Origin: an uncultured virus (IMG/VR IMGVR_UViG_3300017970_000189)
Taxonomy: Duplodnaviria > Heunggongvirae > Uroviricota > Caudoviricetes
Strand: one strand, 5' to 3'
IMG/VR virus record: IMGVR_UViG_3300017970_000189
Length of the DNA stretch: 64,000 bases
Shown here one piece after another: positions 27,335 through 37,270 of the stretch. The position numbers and the translations under genes are program-made. The notes under the pieces are model-generated. The model searched no databases and was not told the origin of the DNA. It saw only the letters and a program-made list of their open reading frames with translations. Each line of letters opens with the position of its first letter. Position 1 is the first letter of the stretch.

Positions 27335-27661
27335 TCAGCTCTGCTTCGCCTCCCTCAATTCCCAAGCCCCGCAGGCTGCGGGACCACTGGGGCGGTCGTG
27401 AAACCACCCTCGAAGCTCCCGAGTAGGACCGACGGTTTTCCACTCCTTTGAGAACTTTACAGGATCGCCCATCCGACACAAAGCGCAAAGGATAGCGCAA
27501 TATTTCTCGTGCAGCTCCTTCATCGGAACACTCAGGATCTCGACCTTGCACTCGAGATCATGAACATAACCCAGTAGAGCCTCGATGGCATCCCGATGCT
27601 CACCGCAATTCCCAGGACCTTCCACCAACTTCGCGTAGGCCGCAAGCTGTTCGCTGTTCAT
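27335..27661 (-). CDS. Hypothetical protein with Cys/His motifs
   Basis: CALC...WFH...C; start uncertain. Confidence 0.6.
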   Translation of the reverse strand: MNSEQLAAYAKLVEGPGNCGEHRDAIEALLGYVHDLECKVEILSVPMKELHEKYCAILCALCRMGDPVKFSKEWKTVGPTRELRGWFHDRPSGPAACGAWELREAKQS

Positions 27662-27766
27662 GGCATCTCTATTTATCCGAAGGAGGAAGATCGTGCCCCG
27701 GGCAAGGGCAGTCGTATCGGACACACTGGCCCTGACAATAGGAGCAATAACAAACAAACCATTCCA

Positions 27767-28267
27767 TCATTTCACCGGATCCGCATCGATGAAATCGTAC
27801 TTCAGGAGCCTCCGCTCTCCATCAGGAAAAACCCGGTAGATCTCCCGATACCGGATCGATACGGCATCTCCTTCCTTCAGTTTCTCCCACAGCTTATGCG
27901 CGGTCGATTGCTTTCCCAGGCTTTCGATCAGGAATTTTCCATGTTGGCACTGGAAGACCACGGCGAACTGATCCTGGACGGTGACGGTATTCGAGGTTTG
28001 AGTGGATGGAACCTCGATCCTCTTGTCATGCACACCCCAAGGATCGTCCCACATGCTCTTCGAGATCGTTCCCTTGTACCCGGGCGCATGGCTCGTCGTG
28101 GTCGTAGACGATCCCATCCGGAAGACCGTCTCCAGCACCTTCCCCTTTTCCTCAAGATCCGGTCCCGTTTCATCATGCGGACTGGGGACCATGGGCATGG
28201 GTTTGTAAGGCGTTTTTCCGGCATCGCACGAAGAAAGAATGAGCGCCAGGATCGCCAGTTTTCTCAC
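27767..28267 (-). CDS. Lipoprotein
   Basis: MRKLAILALILSS-C lipobox; beta-rich C-terminal part. Confidence 0.7.
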   Translation of the reverse strand: MRKLAILALILSSCDAGKTPYKPMPMVPSPHDETGPDLEEKGKVLETVFRMGSSTTTTSHAPGYKGTISKSMWDDPWGVHDKRIEVPSTQTSNTVTVQDQFAVVFQCQHGKFLIESLGKQSTAHKLWEKLKEGDAVSIRYREIYRVFPDGERRLLKYDFIDADPVK

Positions 28268-29127
28268 TCCATCACCTCAAGTTTCATTTTAATTCCGCTT
28301 TCGGAATCGACGGTCACCGGCCGGATCTCGATCTTCTCGAGCAGTTTTCGCTCATCATCGTTCGCATTCTTCTCCCAGAGTGCAATGATCGCCTTCGCCT
28401 TCTCTTCATCCGCGTAGATACAGAGGCCCCAGCCGTCGGCCAGGATCTCCGGCGTCCCCTTCTTCACGATCGCAAATCCCCCGAAAGACTTCGACATCGC
28501 CGGGATCGCCGCCTCGAGCACCTTCTTGCACGCGGGCAGGATTCTGGCCAGCAGGACCTCCCGATTCGCATGCCTCTGGCCCTCGTCCGTATCCCTCTGC
28601 ATGAGATCCCTGAACCTAAGAAGTTGCAGGCCATCCTCGAGAATTTCGCACCACTCCTCGGACTCTGCCTTCCGCTTCTCATGGGGAATCTTGAGCCACA
28701 GAGGTTTTAGCTTCTCCTTCGTCGCCTGACAGCAGATCCCGATCTTCTCGATAGGGTTCAGCGTCTCCCATTCCCTCACCCGCTTCTCCAGATCCCCGGT
28801 CCATTCGAGTGAATACTCTTCGAACCCCCCATGCTTCGAAGAAGCCCGCATGAGGTTCAGGATCTCATGCGCGTCGGCGTGACCGCTGTCACGAAATATT
28901 TCCATGAAAATATCTTGTACGGCCGACGTCTGGCCGCAGCACCCCCCGACGTAAAACTGCCCCTCCCTCATGCAGAGGTCGCACCACTCCTCGTCGGTCA
29001 GGGGGAATCTCAGGCCGCGGATCTGGCTCTCGACCTTGACCTCCTTGATGTTCGGAGCCTCTCCCTCCCAGCGGGTCTCGTACATCACCTCAAGCCCGCG
29101 TTTCTCCAGCTCTGCCAGGATGTCCAT
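28264..29127 (-). CDS. Hypothetical protein
   Basis: Long acidic ORF; start uncertain. Confidence 0.7.
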   Translation of the reverse strand: MDILAELEKRGLEVMYETRWEGEAPNIKEVKVESQIRGLRFPLTDEEWCDLCMREGQFYVGGCCGQTSAVQDIFMEIFRDSGHADAHEILNLMRASSKHGGFEEYSLEWTGDLEKRVREWETLNPIEKIGICCQATKEKLKPLWLKIPHEKRKAESEEWCEILEDGLQLLRFRDLMQRDTDEGQRHANREVLLARILPACKKVLEAAIPAMSKSFGGFAIVKKGTPEILADGWGLCIYADEEKAKAIIALWEKNANDDERKLLEKIEIRPVTVDSESGIKMKLEVME

Positions 29128-29144
29128 GCTCGTCCCACGTACCA

Positions 29145-29408
29145 TCAAAGGGCCAGCGTAACGGGTTCTTTTCTCATCTCCACCCAGAGCCACTCTTCGC
29201 TCATCGGATGGACTTGGAATTCCATCCCGGCTTCCTTCGCCAAGGCGATCGCCGATTCGAGCTTCCCGCTGTCCAGCGTCTTCACTAGTTCCAAACTGAT
29301 GCTGAGCAAGAAGGTGGTATCCGAAATCGGATCTACCCTCACGACCAAATGTTCAGGAACAGCTTCGAAGATCGCCAAAAACCTCGATTTGATCTCGTCG
29401 ATTTGCAT
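29145..29408 (-). CDS. Hypothetical protein
   Basis: GGAGGGAGG RBS; downstream of a promoter. Confidence 0.7.
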   Translation of the reverse strand: MQIDEIKSRFLAIFEAVPEHLVVRVDPISDTTFLLSISLELVKTLDSGKLESAIALAKEAGMEFQVHPMSEEWLWVEMRKEPVTLAL

Positions 29409-29496
29409 GATTCCTCCCTCCATGGTGATATTCCTTCGAGACCCCACGACAGACCCGGATCTCCGTGACGCCAAGCAGGGATCTCGTCACGACCAA

Positions 29497-29525
29497 AGTG
29501 TATGTCAGCTACTTTACCCAGTCAA
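29497..29525 (-). promoter_or_regulatory. sigma70-type promoter
   Basis: TTGACT-N17-TACACT. Confidence 0.75.
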
Positions 29526-29567
29526 GCAAAAAAGGCCAAAACGAATGATACTTCGCCGGCTGAATTG

Positions 29568-30089
29568 CTAGGCCGATTTGACCGAGAATTGGTAGCCGGG
29601 AACGTCCTTGAGATCGATCGCCTGGAGGGCCCGGATGAGCGTCTGGAACCGCTCGGGACTATACTCCTCCGCCATCATGTTTTCCGTGGGCTTGATCTCA
29701 AGAAGAACCGTGCCACGGTCCGTCAGATACGCGCGATTTGGACCATCCTGGAACAGGACCTCCATCCCCCCTCGTTCCAGCACGATCCTCCTGGCCTCCT
29801 CGGCCACATACTGGCGCGAGCCCTCGTCGAAGAGACATTCCGGATGCTCGCTCCAGTAGAGGATCCAGCAGGACACGCACCAGTATCTCCCCTCGTGCGG
29901 GCCCCCGCGGAACGGATTCCCCGCCGGTTCGATCAGGATGGAAGAGTTGTTCTGCCCGGGATTATCGCAGGAATGCACCTTCCCGACCGGGAAGAGGCCC
30001 TTGCATCCCATGCACATCGACAGGATCGGCGAGCCGCAGAGCGGGCAGCCCTTGCTGGCCGCCGCAAGATTCGTGTGGTTGATTGCCAT
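29568..30089 (-). CDS. Cys-rich (Zn-finger-like) hypothetical protein
   Basis: CPLC, CMGC, HSC, CVSC. Confidence 0.7.
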   Translation of the reverse strand: MAINHTNLAAASKGCPLCGSPILSMCMGCKGLFPVGKVHSCDNPGQNNSSILIEPAGNPFRGGPHEGRYWCVSCWILYWSEHPECLFDEGSRQYVAEEARRIVLERGGMEVLFQDGPNRAYLTDRGTVLLEIKPTENMMAEEYSPERFQTLIRALQAIDLKDVPGYQFSVKSA

Positions 30090-30719
30090 TTAGAGCCCCT
30101 GATCCATGACGTGAACGGCCTCGTCCGACAGCATTCGCCGGGTGGTCTCATAGTCCCGGCGGCGCAGAATTTCCGCATGGACCCTCCCCAGGGTCCTACA
30201 ATCTTCTAACGCCCGATGGGCATCTCCGGAGGGCACCTTGAAAAAGGTCGCCGCTTCCGACAGCTTCGGCCATTTCGGTCCGCCATCCAACCTGCTGCCC
30301 AGCGCCCCGGCGCGGTTCATGACCTTCATGGCCGCGTTCATGACGCACTCCCCCCAGCGTTGCGACCGGATCCCCCAGGGAGGCTGCTCCAGGAACCACT
30401 GGTCGAATTCGTTGTTGAAGGCATGAAACGTGGCGCCCCAAAAACGATCGAGAAACAGATTGAAGTTTCTGGCCACCACTTCGGAAGGCGGCGCTTTCTG
30501 CACCATCTCCGAAGTGATCCCGTTGATCCGGAGCGACTCCGGATCCGCCGCCCGCATCGCCTCTTGCCCCGGATTGGCCAGGCATTCGAAATGATCGATT
30601 TCCCGGTAATGCTCGTCCAGGACGATGGCGGCCACTTCGAGGATCCGTGCCTGAGGTGACTTCCTACCGCTGGTCTCTACGTCGATTTCGACCCACATCT
30701 CTTTTTCCGCTCTCTCCAC
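30090..30719 (-). CDS. DEDDh 3'-5' exonuclease (DnaQ-like)
   Basis: IDVETSG (ExoI), AFNNEFD (ExoII), AHRALED (ExoIII); alternative ATG at 30698. Confidence 0.92.
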   Translation of the reverse strand: MERAEKEMWVEIDVETSGRKSPQARILEVAAIVLDEHYREIDHFECLANPGQEAMRAADPESLRINGITSEMVQKAPPSEVVARNFNLFLDRFWGATFHAFNNEFDQWFLEQPPWGIRSQRWGECVMNAAMKVMNRAGALGSRLDGGPKWPKLSEAATFFKVPSGDAHRALEDCRTLGRVHAEILRRRDYETTRRMLSDEAVHVMDQGL

Positions 30720-30889
30720 TTTTTAGTCATTGAAATGGTACCCTCTTTGCGTTAGGATTACAAGTGCGGACCGGGGAATCTACGCAGGTTCTTGGAATGC
30801 CGAGGACCTCCGCTGTTTCCCCCTCTCTCCAGGGCCAGGCCGCCTTTGAAAGGGTAAAACCTCGAAGCGGTGGCCTGGCTCCTTTTATA

Positions 30890-31651
30890 TCAGGACCGCT
30901 CTGAGCACTTCGCGCTTCCAGCCGGCACCTGTGCCCATTCCATCCCATCCAGCTTGGGCAAGCCTTCCAGCTTTCCGTCCACCATGCCCTGCTTCAGGAA
31001 GAAGCTGATCCCGGAGCCCACACATTGATCCCGCAGCTTGCGCACCCAGTCCCAGTTCATCTCCCGGGCCTTGGATCCCGACTCGCATCCCACGATGACC
31101 CAATCGATCTCCTCGAGCCAGGGAGAAAGATCGATTTCCTCAAGAAGAGGTTCGACCGACAGGAAACGGACCGTGGCCGGCACTTTCGCGAGCTTGGGGA
31201 TCCTTATCCGGGCCCATTTCTGCCTCTCGACCGTCGTTCCGGCCCAGACATTGTCCGGCCACTCCTTTCCCCAAGGAGCCATCCCGGGCATCTGTTCCGG
31301 CCGCTTGGTGAGCAGCAGCCAGTTCAGATTCGGCGTCTTTCTGATCAAATCCCATAGCCGCGCGCGGGGGGCATCCAGATCGTCTCGAACCTCGAAGACG
31401 TCCGCCATGCTGGAGCAGAATACCCGATGGCGCTCACCCGCCGCTTGGCCCTTCCGATCCCACTTGAGAGGCTCATTCCAGTGTTTGTCTCCGAAAAACC
31501 GCCGGGGAGCTTCCTTTCCCCAGACGTCGAAGGCCCAGCGATGGGCCAGTTCGCGCGCGTAGCAGTGATCGCACGCTTCGGAAACCTCGACGCAACCCCA
31601 CCATGGAGAGTAGCTATGCTTCGTCCACTGGATGCGGCTCTCTTCGCCCAC
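30890..31651 (-). CDS. Phage Gp37/Gp68 (DUF5131) family protein
   Basis: IQWT..PWWGCVEVSEACDHCYA, VFCSSMADVF, LLTKRP, RFLSVEPLL, WVIVGCESG, FFLKQ. Confidence 0.92.
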   Translation of the reverse strand: MGEESRIQWTKHSYSPWWGCVEVSEACDHCYARELAHRWAFDVWGKEAPRRFFGDKHWNEPLKWDRKGQAAGERHRVFCSSMADVFEVRDDLDAPRARLWDLIRKTPNLNWLLLTKRPEQMPGMAPWGKEWPDNVWAGTTVERQKWARIRIPKLAKVPATVRFLSVEPLLEEIDLSPWLEEIDWVIVGCESGSKAREMNWDWVRKLRDQCVGSGISFFLKQGMVDGKLEGLPKLDGMEWAQVPAGSAKCSERS

Positions 31652-31686
31652 GGCACTATCCTACGCGCAAGATATGTCGGAATGGG

Positions 31687-31902
31687 TCACACTTGAATCT
31701 CAGCCACGCGCCTGACGTTCATCGCCTTCAGCCCTTTCAGATCCTTCTTGATCTGGAATTCCACCTGTTCTCCAGGGGAAAGCGTCCGGAATCCTTCGGT
31801 CTTGATTGCGGTCTGGTGGACAAAGATGTCCTCCGAGAGCCCTTCCAGACGGATGAATCCGTATCCTTTCAAGTCGTCGAACTGCTTCACGCTGCCCTGC
31901 AT
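31687..31902 (-). CDS. cspA: Cold-shock protein (CSD)
   Basis: GSVKQF..KGYGFI...DIFVH...GFRTL..GEQVEF. Confidence 0.92.
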   Translation of the reverse strand: MQGSVKQFDDLKGYGFIRLEGLSEDIFVHQTAIKTEGFRTLSPGEQVEFQIKKDLKGLKAMNVRRVAEIQV

Positions 31903-31925
31903 GCCCTGCCTCCAATCGATCCAAT

Positions 31926-32111
31926 CTATTCCGGTGGATCCTTTTTCTCGCGCAACTGGCTGGTCGCGATCCTCAGCATATCCTCCAGTTCCTTGTTCTT
32001 CTCCTTCAGGCTCTCCAGCTCCTTCTTCAGGGATTCGATCTCCTTACTTTTCTCCGCGATTTCCCTCCGGAGATCGGCAATGACCATGCCGGTCAGCTTC
32101 GGTTCTTCCAC
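31926..32111 (-). CDS. Small coiled-coil protein
   Basis: Strong heptad pattern. Confidence 0.65.
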   Translation of the reverse strand: MEEPKLTGMVIADLRREIAEKSKEIESLKKELESLKEKNKELEDMLRIATSQLREKKDPPE

Positions 32112-32187
32112 GAGAAACCTCGAATAGGAGATGAAGTTTCACAGCAGGCTCCTGACAAAACACCATTATGCCCGGCATTTTCTGCTT

Positions 32188-34002
32188 TTACCCGGTCAAT
32201 TGGAAGAGTCCTTCATGCGCCCTGACCATATTCCCATCTACAACGGCCAGGTCGTTCCTTCTCAAGGTGCTCAAGTAATTGCTGAAAGTCCCTCCGCTCG
32301 ATTCATATCCGGTCTCCTTTCCGAGATCCTCCTTGCTGAGAGGCTCCGGATAGACCTGAACGAGCGCATCCAGCAGCTTCCGTTCCCCGGCAATCAACTT
32401 GTCCCTCCACATCGACAGCAGCTCTTCCGAATTCATCGGACCTTCCGGAGCGCGGCCCCCGAAGATCTCGAGGCCCTTTCCAGTGATCGTCACCTTGTCC
32501 GATTTCTCTTCGATCAGGCCGCCCTTTTTGAGGCGGTTGTAATAATTGCTGAAAGTCCCCCCGCTCATCGTATAGCCGGAAAGCTGCGCGATCTGCGCCT
32601 TGGTCCGCGATCCCGGATTGAATTTGGCCAGGACTTCTAGCATCCTCCGCTCGCCCGCCACCAGCGGCTTTTCTTCCGCATCCTCTTCGGTAGCCTTGGG
32701 TACCCGGGGCCGCTCCAGGAGAGGTTTCAGCCGGTTCTTCGCCAGTTCCCTTGTCTGCTGCTGCGGTGCCTGAGCCTGCGTTCGAAGCGCACTCCCCAAG
32801 GCAATCGCCATCGTGCGCTGATTTGAGGTGAGCGGCGCCTGCGCCGTCGTTCGAAGCACCCCCACGGTACTCCGGAGCGCCCGAGAAGCTTCCTCTACCG
32901 GCTTCCCGAATCCATCCAGCCTTTCCAGGATCTTTTCCGCCCGCCCGATCGCTTTCTCCACCCTCCTGAGCTCCGCTTCCTTGAGGACGGGTACTTCCAC
33001 CTTCCGGATCTCCGTCTTTACCACCGGAGCCGCCTGAACCGTCAGTGCGGCTGCTATGGGCTTGGCTGACAGCTTCGCCTTTAACGACCGGATCTCTGCA
33101 CGCAGCTCCGCCTCCGTCCGCGCCTTTGTTTCCGCTTCCTTGGGGAGATCCGCCAGCTTCGGCAAGAGCGCCCTCATTTTTTCCGGCAACGGCGGGGGTG
33201 CCGCCGCCGAGGGTGATCCGGGCTCCGGATGAGTCGTCACGACAGGACCGACTTTCACCAAGGTCCGGTCGGTCGAGATTGCCGGCCCGAAACAGTAAAA
33301 CTCGCCGGGTTTGAGGTGTTTGAGGCTCTCTTCGAAATCATGCCGGTCCTTGGATCGCACCGAGAAGAGATCCGACGCACGATCAAGGTCGATATCCTCG
33401 ACCGTGTTCCCCACGCACCGGTTGAGCAGTTCAGCCGACGCATTTTTCGACACCTTGCCCAGACGCTGGGTGAAATAGACCGCGCAGATCCCGTGCTTCC
33501 GGCCGTCACAGGCAACATCCACCATAGGTCCAAGCGCCACGCTTTTGTCCTTCTGGGGCGCGAACCGATGAGCCTCATCCACCATCAAGACCAGATCCTG
33601 CCACAGTTTTTTGGGGGCGTTCATGAGCGCCGTGAGGAAGAGCTTAACCCACTCGTGGCGATCAGGATCCTTCAGTCCATATAGGCTGAAGATCGCACTC
33701 GCGTGGTTTTCGAGCAGCCTCTGGCAGACGATCTCGGCCGACCTGATGTCCGTCGGCGTCTCCCCGCCCTGGCCCACCAGAACGTACCCGAACTTCTCCC
33801 TCAGGCTCGGGAATTCTTCGTCACGATCAATGATCCAGGTAGGAACTTTTCCGAAGAACTGCTCTCCCAGACGGCGGAGCGTGCGGCTTTTTCCACCGCC
33901 GCTGGCCGCCTGGACGAGTCCCCGCGTGCGCAGGAAGACCTTGAGATCGATATGAACCGGATTTCCTTTTTGATCTTTACCGAGAATGATCTGCTTCGAC
34001 AT
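32188..34002 (-). CDS. HerA/FtsK-superfamily ATPase with C-terminal winged-HTH repeats
   Basis: AASGGGKS Walker A, MVDEAH Walker B, GRKHG...TQR; two C-terminal AGERxxL...SGGTFSNY repeats. Confidence 0.88.
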   Translation of the reverse strand: MSKQIILGKDQKGNPVHIDLKVFLRTRGLVQAASGGGKSRTLRRLGEQFFGKVPTWIIDRDEEFPSLREKFGYVLVGQGGETPTDIRSAEIVCQRLLENHASAIFSLYGLKDPDRHEWVKLFLTALMNAPKKLWQDLVLMVDEAHRFAPQKDKSVALGPMVDVACDGRKHGICAVYFTQRLGKVSKNASAELLNRCVGNTVEDIDLDRASDLFSVRSKDRHDFEESLKHLKPGEFYCFGPAISTDRTLVKVGPVVTTHPEPGSPSAAAPPPLPEKMRALLPKLADLPKEAETKARTEAELRAEIRSLKAKLSAKPIAAALTVQAAPVVKTEIRKVEVPVLKEAELRRVEKAIGRAEKILERLDGFGKPVEEASRALRSTVGVLRTTAQAPLTSNQRTMAIALGSALRTQAQAPQQQTRELAKNRLKPLLERPRVPKATEEDAEEKPLVAGERRMLEVLAKFNPGSRTKAQIAQLSGYTMSGGTFSNYYNRLKKGGLIEEKSDKVTITGKGLEIFGGRAPEGPMNSEELLSMWRDKLIAGERKLLDALVQVYPEPLSKEDLGKETGYESSGGTFSNYLSTLRRNDLAVVDGNMVRAHEGLFQLTG

Positions 34003-34034
34003 CCCTCTCCTCTGGCCAAACTACCCCGAGTGTA

Positions 34035-34424
34035 CTACAAGACCACCTTGCCGTCCATAGACCAGTAGGACCTCGCCGCTTCCGAAGTGAATCGCGCCGT
34101 CGCCAGGCGCTCCTTCCCGCCCTTCTCCTTCAGCGTGACGCTGAAGCCATGCCCAAACTTTCTGTAATTGACTTTGACGACCTCGGTGATGTCAAGCTCG
34201 CCAACCAGACCGCACTCCCGCGCCCAATCTTCCGCCTTCAAGCGGAGATCCTCGTTGAGGAGCGACCCTGCCACCACCGGTTCCCTCGTTTCTGCTATTA
34301 CGGCCACCGGTTCCTCCTTAACTTTCCTCTCCCTCTTCTTCCTGGGCTTCTTCTCTGCCTGAACCTCTCCACCCACATCCGGCACTAGAAGAGGCACTTC
34401 CTCTTCCTTCTTCTTCCGTCCCAT
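34035..34424 (-). CDS. Hypothetical protein
   Basis: AAGGA RBS; 129 aa. Confidence 0.7.
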   Translation of the reverse strand: MGRKKKEEEVPLLVPDVGGEVQAEKKPRKKRERKVKEEPVAVIAETREPVVAGSLLNEDLRLKAEDWARECGLVGELDITEVVKVNYRKFGHGFSVTLKEKGGKERLATARFTSEAARSYWSMDGKVVL

Positions 34425-34442
34425 GATCTTCCTTTTCGCAGG

Positions 34443-34847
34443 TCACCGCGGGCATTCCCTGAGCGCGGGCCGGTATTTCGGGAAATCCCCCACCACGACG
34501 ACTTCCCGAATTGAACACTTCTGACAGCTCCAGTGGTCCTTCCCGCATTCCCGGCATCCGATCAACGACAGCTTCACCTTCATCCGCTTCGATTCGCAAT
34601 AACCGCATTGACTGGAGGCGAGAACCGACTCCCCTTCTCCTGTCGATTTGTAAACTTCCGCTTCTCCGACCTTCTTCCGTTCCACGTACCCCAGCTTGAC
34701 CAGGCCCGTCAGGAAATGCCGCGCAAACTTGGGAGCCATCTCATGACCCCACATCAGCTTGGTGAACCGCGGGAGCTCCATCTCCTCCTTCTTCAGGATC
34801 CCGATGGCCTTCACCCGCTTCTCTGTGACCACCATTCCGTTCTTCAT
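34443..34847 (-). CDS. Winged-helix plus Zn-finger protein
   Basis: LVKLGYVE...YKSTGEG followed by three CxxC. Confidence 0.7.
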   Translation of the reverse strand: MKNGMVVTEKRVKAIGILKKEEMELPRFTKLMWGHEMAPKFARHFLTGLVKLGYVERKKVGEAEVYKSTGEGESVLASSQCGYCESKRMKVKLSLIGCRECGKDHWSCQKCSIREVVVVGDFPKYRPALRECPR

Positions 34848-34996
34848 TTTTTATCCGGCTTGATCTCCCGCTTCACACTCGCGCACACTTCCCCCTTGTC
34901 CCGATAATGACGTGCATACTCCCCATCCACCCGGTCCACCTCCCGGCCGCACCTGGGACACGACACCTTCGCTTCCTTTGCTTCCCTCGCCTCCAT
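34844..34996 (-). CDS. 50 aa Zn-finger-like protein (CPRC...H...C)
   Basis: Translated by hand; AAGGAGAGG RBS; ATGA overlap with the next gene. Confidence 0.65.
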   Translation of the reverse strand: MEAREAKEAKVSCPRCGREVDRVDGEYARHYRDKGEVCASVKREIKPDKK

Positions 34997-35017
34997 GGCC
35001 CCTCTCCTTACTCGACA

Positions 35018-35218
35018 TCAACAACTTTCCCCATCCACCCGCTGGTTCTTGAACTTCTCCTCGGCGACGTCTTCCAGCTTGAGGGCGCAAGGATCGCACT
35101 CCATGACATGAGCTTCCAGCCACGCGAACATGGATGACCGAATATTGGGCGGGGTCGACCAGTATTCCTTGGCTGCCGCCTGAACCCTCTCGCAGATTTG
35201 TCCGTTTTGGGAATTCAT
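35018..35218 (-). CDS. Small zf-HC2-like protein
   Basis: C...HVMECDPC. Confidence 0.55.
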   Translation of the reverse strand: MNSQNGQICERVQAAAKEYWSTPPNIRSSMFAWLEAHVMECDPCALKLEDVAEEKFKNQRVDGESC

Positions 35219-35277
35219 AATCCTAATGCGGCATTTTGCCGCCCGTCTTAAGGGACGAAGAAACCTCCACGATCCGC

Positions 35278-35571
35278 TCATTCCTTATGAAGTCCTGCGT
35301 CCGTAGCTCCAGCCTTTGCCAGCAACTCCTCGTATGTTTTCACGGCATGGGCCAAATAGCCTCCACCCAGAAGGTAAGGCCACCGCTCGCTCTTCATGAG
35401 CTTTACCGCCTCCTCGACAACTTTCTCTTTGGCCTCGACGAGAGCTTTTGCGCTGTTCATCGCAGCGGTCAGCTCGGCCTCGCTTTCATCGCAGACGTGC
35501 TTGATGTCCTTGAAGATAGCCCTGGAGCATCTATGGCAGATCGCGATGAAGTTCGTGTTTTCGAACGTCAT
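35278..35571 (-). CDS. Hypothetical protein
   Basis: CHRC..HVC; ATGA overlap. Confidence 0.65.
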   Translation of the reverse strand: MTFENTNFIAICHRCSRAIFKDIKHVCDESEAELTAAMNSAKALVEAKEKVVEEAVKLMKSERWPYLLGGGYLAHAVKTYEELLAKAGATDAGLHKE

Positions 35572-35771
35572 GACCTTTGAATCCTAAGTTTGACTCGAAC
35601 TGGACGACAAGGGTTTCCGGGAACATTCCACCCAGACTCGGCTGCGTCCGTTTTCGTTTCGTAGATGAATGGACAGCCGCCTTCGCTCATGGCATCCGTT
35701 ACCCACGACCCATCTAGCCTCTGCAACATCCACCAGTCCAACTTCACCGGCCGCTTCCATCTACGCTTCAT
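35568..35771 (-). CDS. Hypothetical protein
   Basis: Tight packing with neighbours. Confidence 0.55.
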   Translation of the reverse strand: MKRRWKRPVKLDWWMLQRLDGSWVTDAMSEGGCPFIYETKTDAAESGWNVPGNPCRPVRVKLRIQRS

Positions 35772-35773
35772 GT

Positions 35774-35932
35774 TCAGACCCTACTTCCGACTCTGAGCCT
35801 GCTTCTCCGGCTCCGCTTCTGGAATTTATCCACCATGGCGGCGTAACAATGCCCACAGAGAACCCCGATGATTGCCAATCTTTTCTTGCATCGGCATTCC
35901 CGGGCTGGTGGGGGATCCGGGATCTTGCACAT
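35774..35932 (-). CDS. 52 aa basic Cys-rich protein
   Basis: Translated by hand; GAGGAG RBS; CRC...LCGHC. Confidence 0.55.
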   Translation of the reverse strand: MCKIPDPPPARECRCKKRLAIIGVLCGHCYAAMVDKFQKRSRRSRLRVGSRV

Positions 35933-35938
35933 ATCTCC

Positions 35939-36175
35939 TCAGAGATCGCTGAACCGCCGAAGATCCACCTTTTCGCCCCTCTTCCGGTGCTCGAGAGCAT
36001 CCACGAAGGCCTGGAGCTGAGCATGTTTCGAAGTCCTCATTTCCTCCAGGATCTCCGACACCGATGGAACGTAAAGCGGCTTCATGAGTCCGACGACGTC
36101 CAGGATCGAGACTTCCGGAGGTTCGACCTTCTTCTTGGACTTCCTAAAGTCCGTTACTTTAGCCCTTTTGGCCAC
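35939..36175 (-). CDS. Hypothetical protein
   Basis: GTG with GAGGAGG RBS. Confidence 0.55.
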   Translation of the reverse strand: MAKRAKVTDFRKSKKKVEPPEVSILDVVGLMKPLYVPSVSEILEEMRTSKHAQLQAFVDALEHRKRGEKVDLRRFSDL

Positions 36176-36336
36176 AGCGTGCCCTCCTTCGCCCTCCTCT
36201 CGATGTCCGCCACGATCTCCTCGTCCCGCTTCTTCTTCTCCGGACTCCTGGTATCCGGATCCAACCACATCTGGTACTTCTCGCTCCAGTGCATACCCGG
36301 ACGCGGAGAATGATTCCGGTCGCGTCTATTCTCCAT
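36154..36336 (-). CDS. Hypothetical protein, possibly leaderless
   Basis: ATG lies about 7 nt downstream of the -10 box. Confidence 0.5.
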   Translation of the reverse strand: MENRRDRNHSPRPGMHWSEKYQMWLDPDTRSPEKKKRDEEIVADIERRAKEGTLWPKGLK

Positions 36337-36343
36337 GAGGTGA

Positions 36344-36373
36344 AGTGTACCGTGTCCACTAGTAGAAAGTCAA
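36344..36373 (-). promoter_or_regulatory. sigma70-type promoter
   Basis: TTGACT-N18-TACACT. Confidence 0.7.
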
Positions 36374-36386
36374 TCTCGGTTTAACT

Positions 36387-36899
36387 TTAGCTGCCGACCG
36401 TGCGGAGGAGGAACATCCCCAGCATTCCGAGTCCCAGGAATGCCATCCAGAATATCGGACTATCGAATGGTGATTCCTTCTTCCACTTCAACTCCGGTTT
36501 CCTGACCTCAATCCTCGTCGCCGGGGACTTCGCCTGCATTGTCAGGCTGATGCTTTCCGTCCTCAAGGTCTCCGGAGCCACCTCGATCTCATAAGCGGTA
36601 TTCGGACACAACCAAAGAGATGACGGTGAAATCTCACCTGAGACGAAAAGCCCCCCTTCCTGGTCGTAAACTTCCACCCAAAGCGTCTGCCCCCAGACCC
36701 CGGTCCCCACCTCCCTCGCGCGGATCCAGAAGATGTGCTTGCCCAGGCCATACGGCGGCTTGGCGATCGCGCTCAACACGAACACTGTATCGTCGGTCCG
36801 GCTAAACAGCGAGACGATGAAAGATTGAGCTCCCCCTTCCAGCTTCTTGGGGCTGTCCACCGCAATCCCCTTGCCTCTCTCGGTTTTGCCGCGTATCAT
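36387..36899 (-). CDS. Beta-rich protein with C-terminal TM
   Basis: AAAGGA RBS; hydrophobic C-terminus. Confidence 0.65.
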   Translation of the reverse strand: MIRGKTERGKGIAVDSPKKLEGGAQSFIVSLFSRTDDTVFVLSAIAKPPYGLGKHIFWIRAREVGTGVWGQTLWVEVYDQEGGLFVSGEISPSSLWLCPNTAYEIEVAPETLRTESISLTMQAKSPATRIEVRKPELKWKKESPFDSPIFWMAFLGLGMLGMFLLRTVGS

Positions 36900-36969
36900 G
36901 AAAATGTCCTTTTCCTCCCTCTCTCGCAGCAGAGGCGCCCGACCGCACTGGTCGGGCGCCTCTGCTGAC

Positions 36970-37227
36970 TTAAGGATTCTTGAATTCCACCGGCTTCTGC
37001 GCCGCTGGAGCCTGCTTCGGTTCCACGTCCCCATGATCCAGCCAGCGGAATTCTGTGTGCCCGAACTCGTCATTGATCACATATTTCGCGTGCAACGCCT
37101 TGATCGCCTCCACCTGGCACTGGATCACCCCCTCCTTCGTGCCGACCAGCCTTCCGCAAAAGAACGCGATGATCGCCATCGCGATCGCCACCGATCCCAG
37201 GATGATGTACCGACCCTTCCCTTCCAT
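36970..37227 (-). CDS. Small protein with N-terminal TM
   Basis: GAGGAGG RBS. Confidence 0.7.
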   Translation of the reverse strand: MEGKGRYIILGSVAIAMAIIAFFCGRLVGTKEGVIQCQVEAIKALHAKYVINDEFGHTEFRWLDHGDVEPKQAPAAQKPVEFKNP

Positions 37228-37270
37228 GAAATCCTCCTCGAAATTCCTCCCCGTCCCGCCCGTACAACAT

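Noticed and set aside
32188..34002. Genome-packaging ATPase
   Set aside because: It lies among early genes and has long coiled-coil and winged-HTH extensions, unlike compact A32-type ATPases; not excluded but unsupported.
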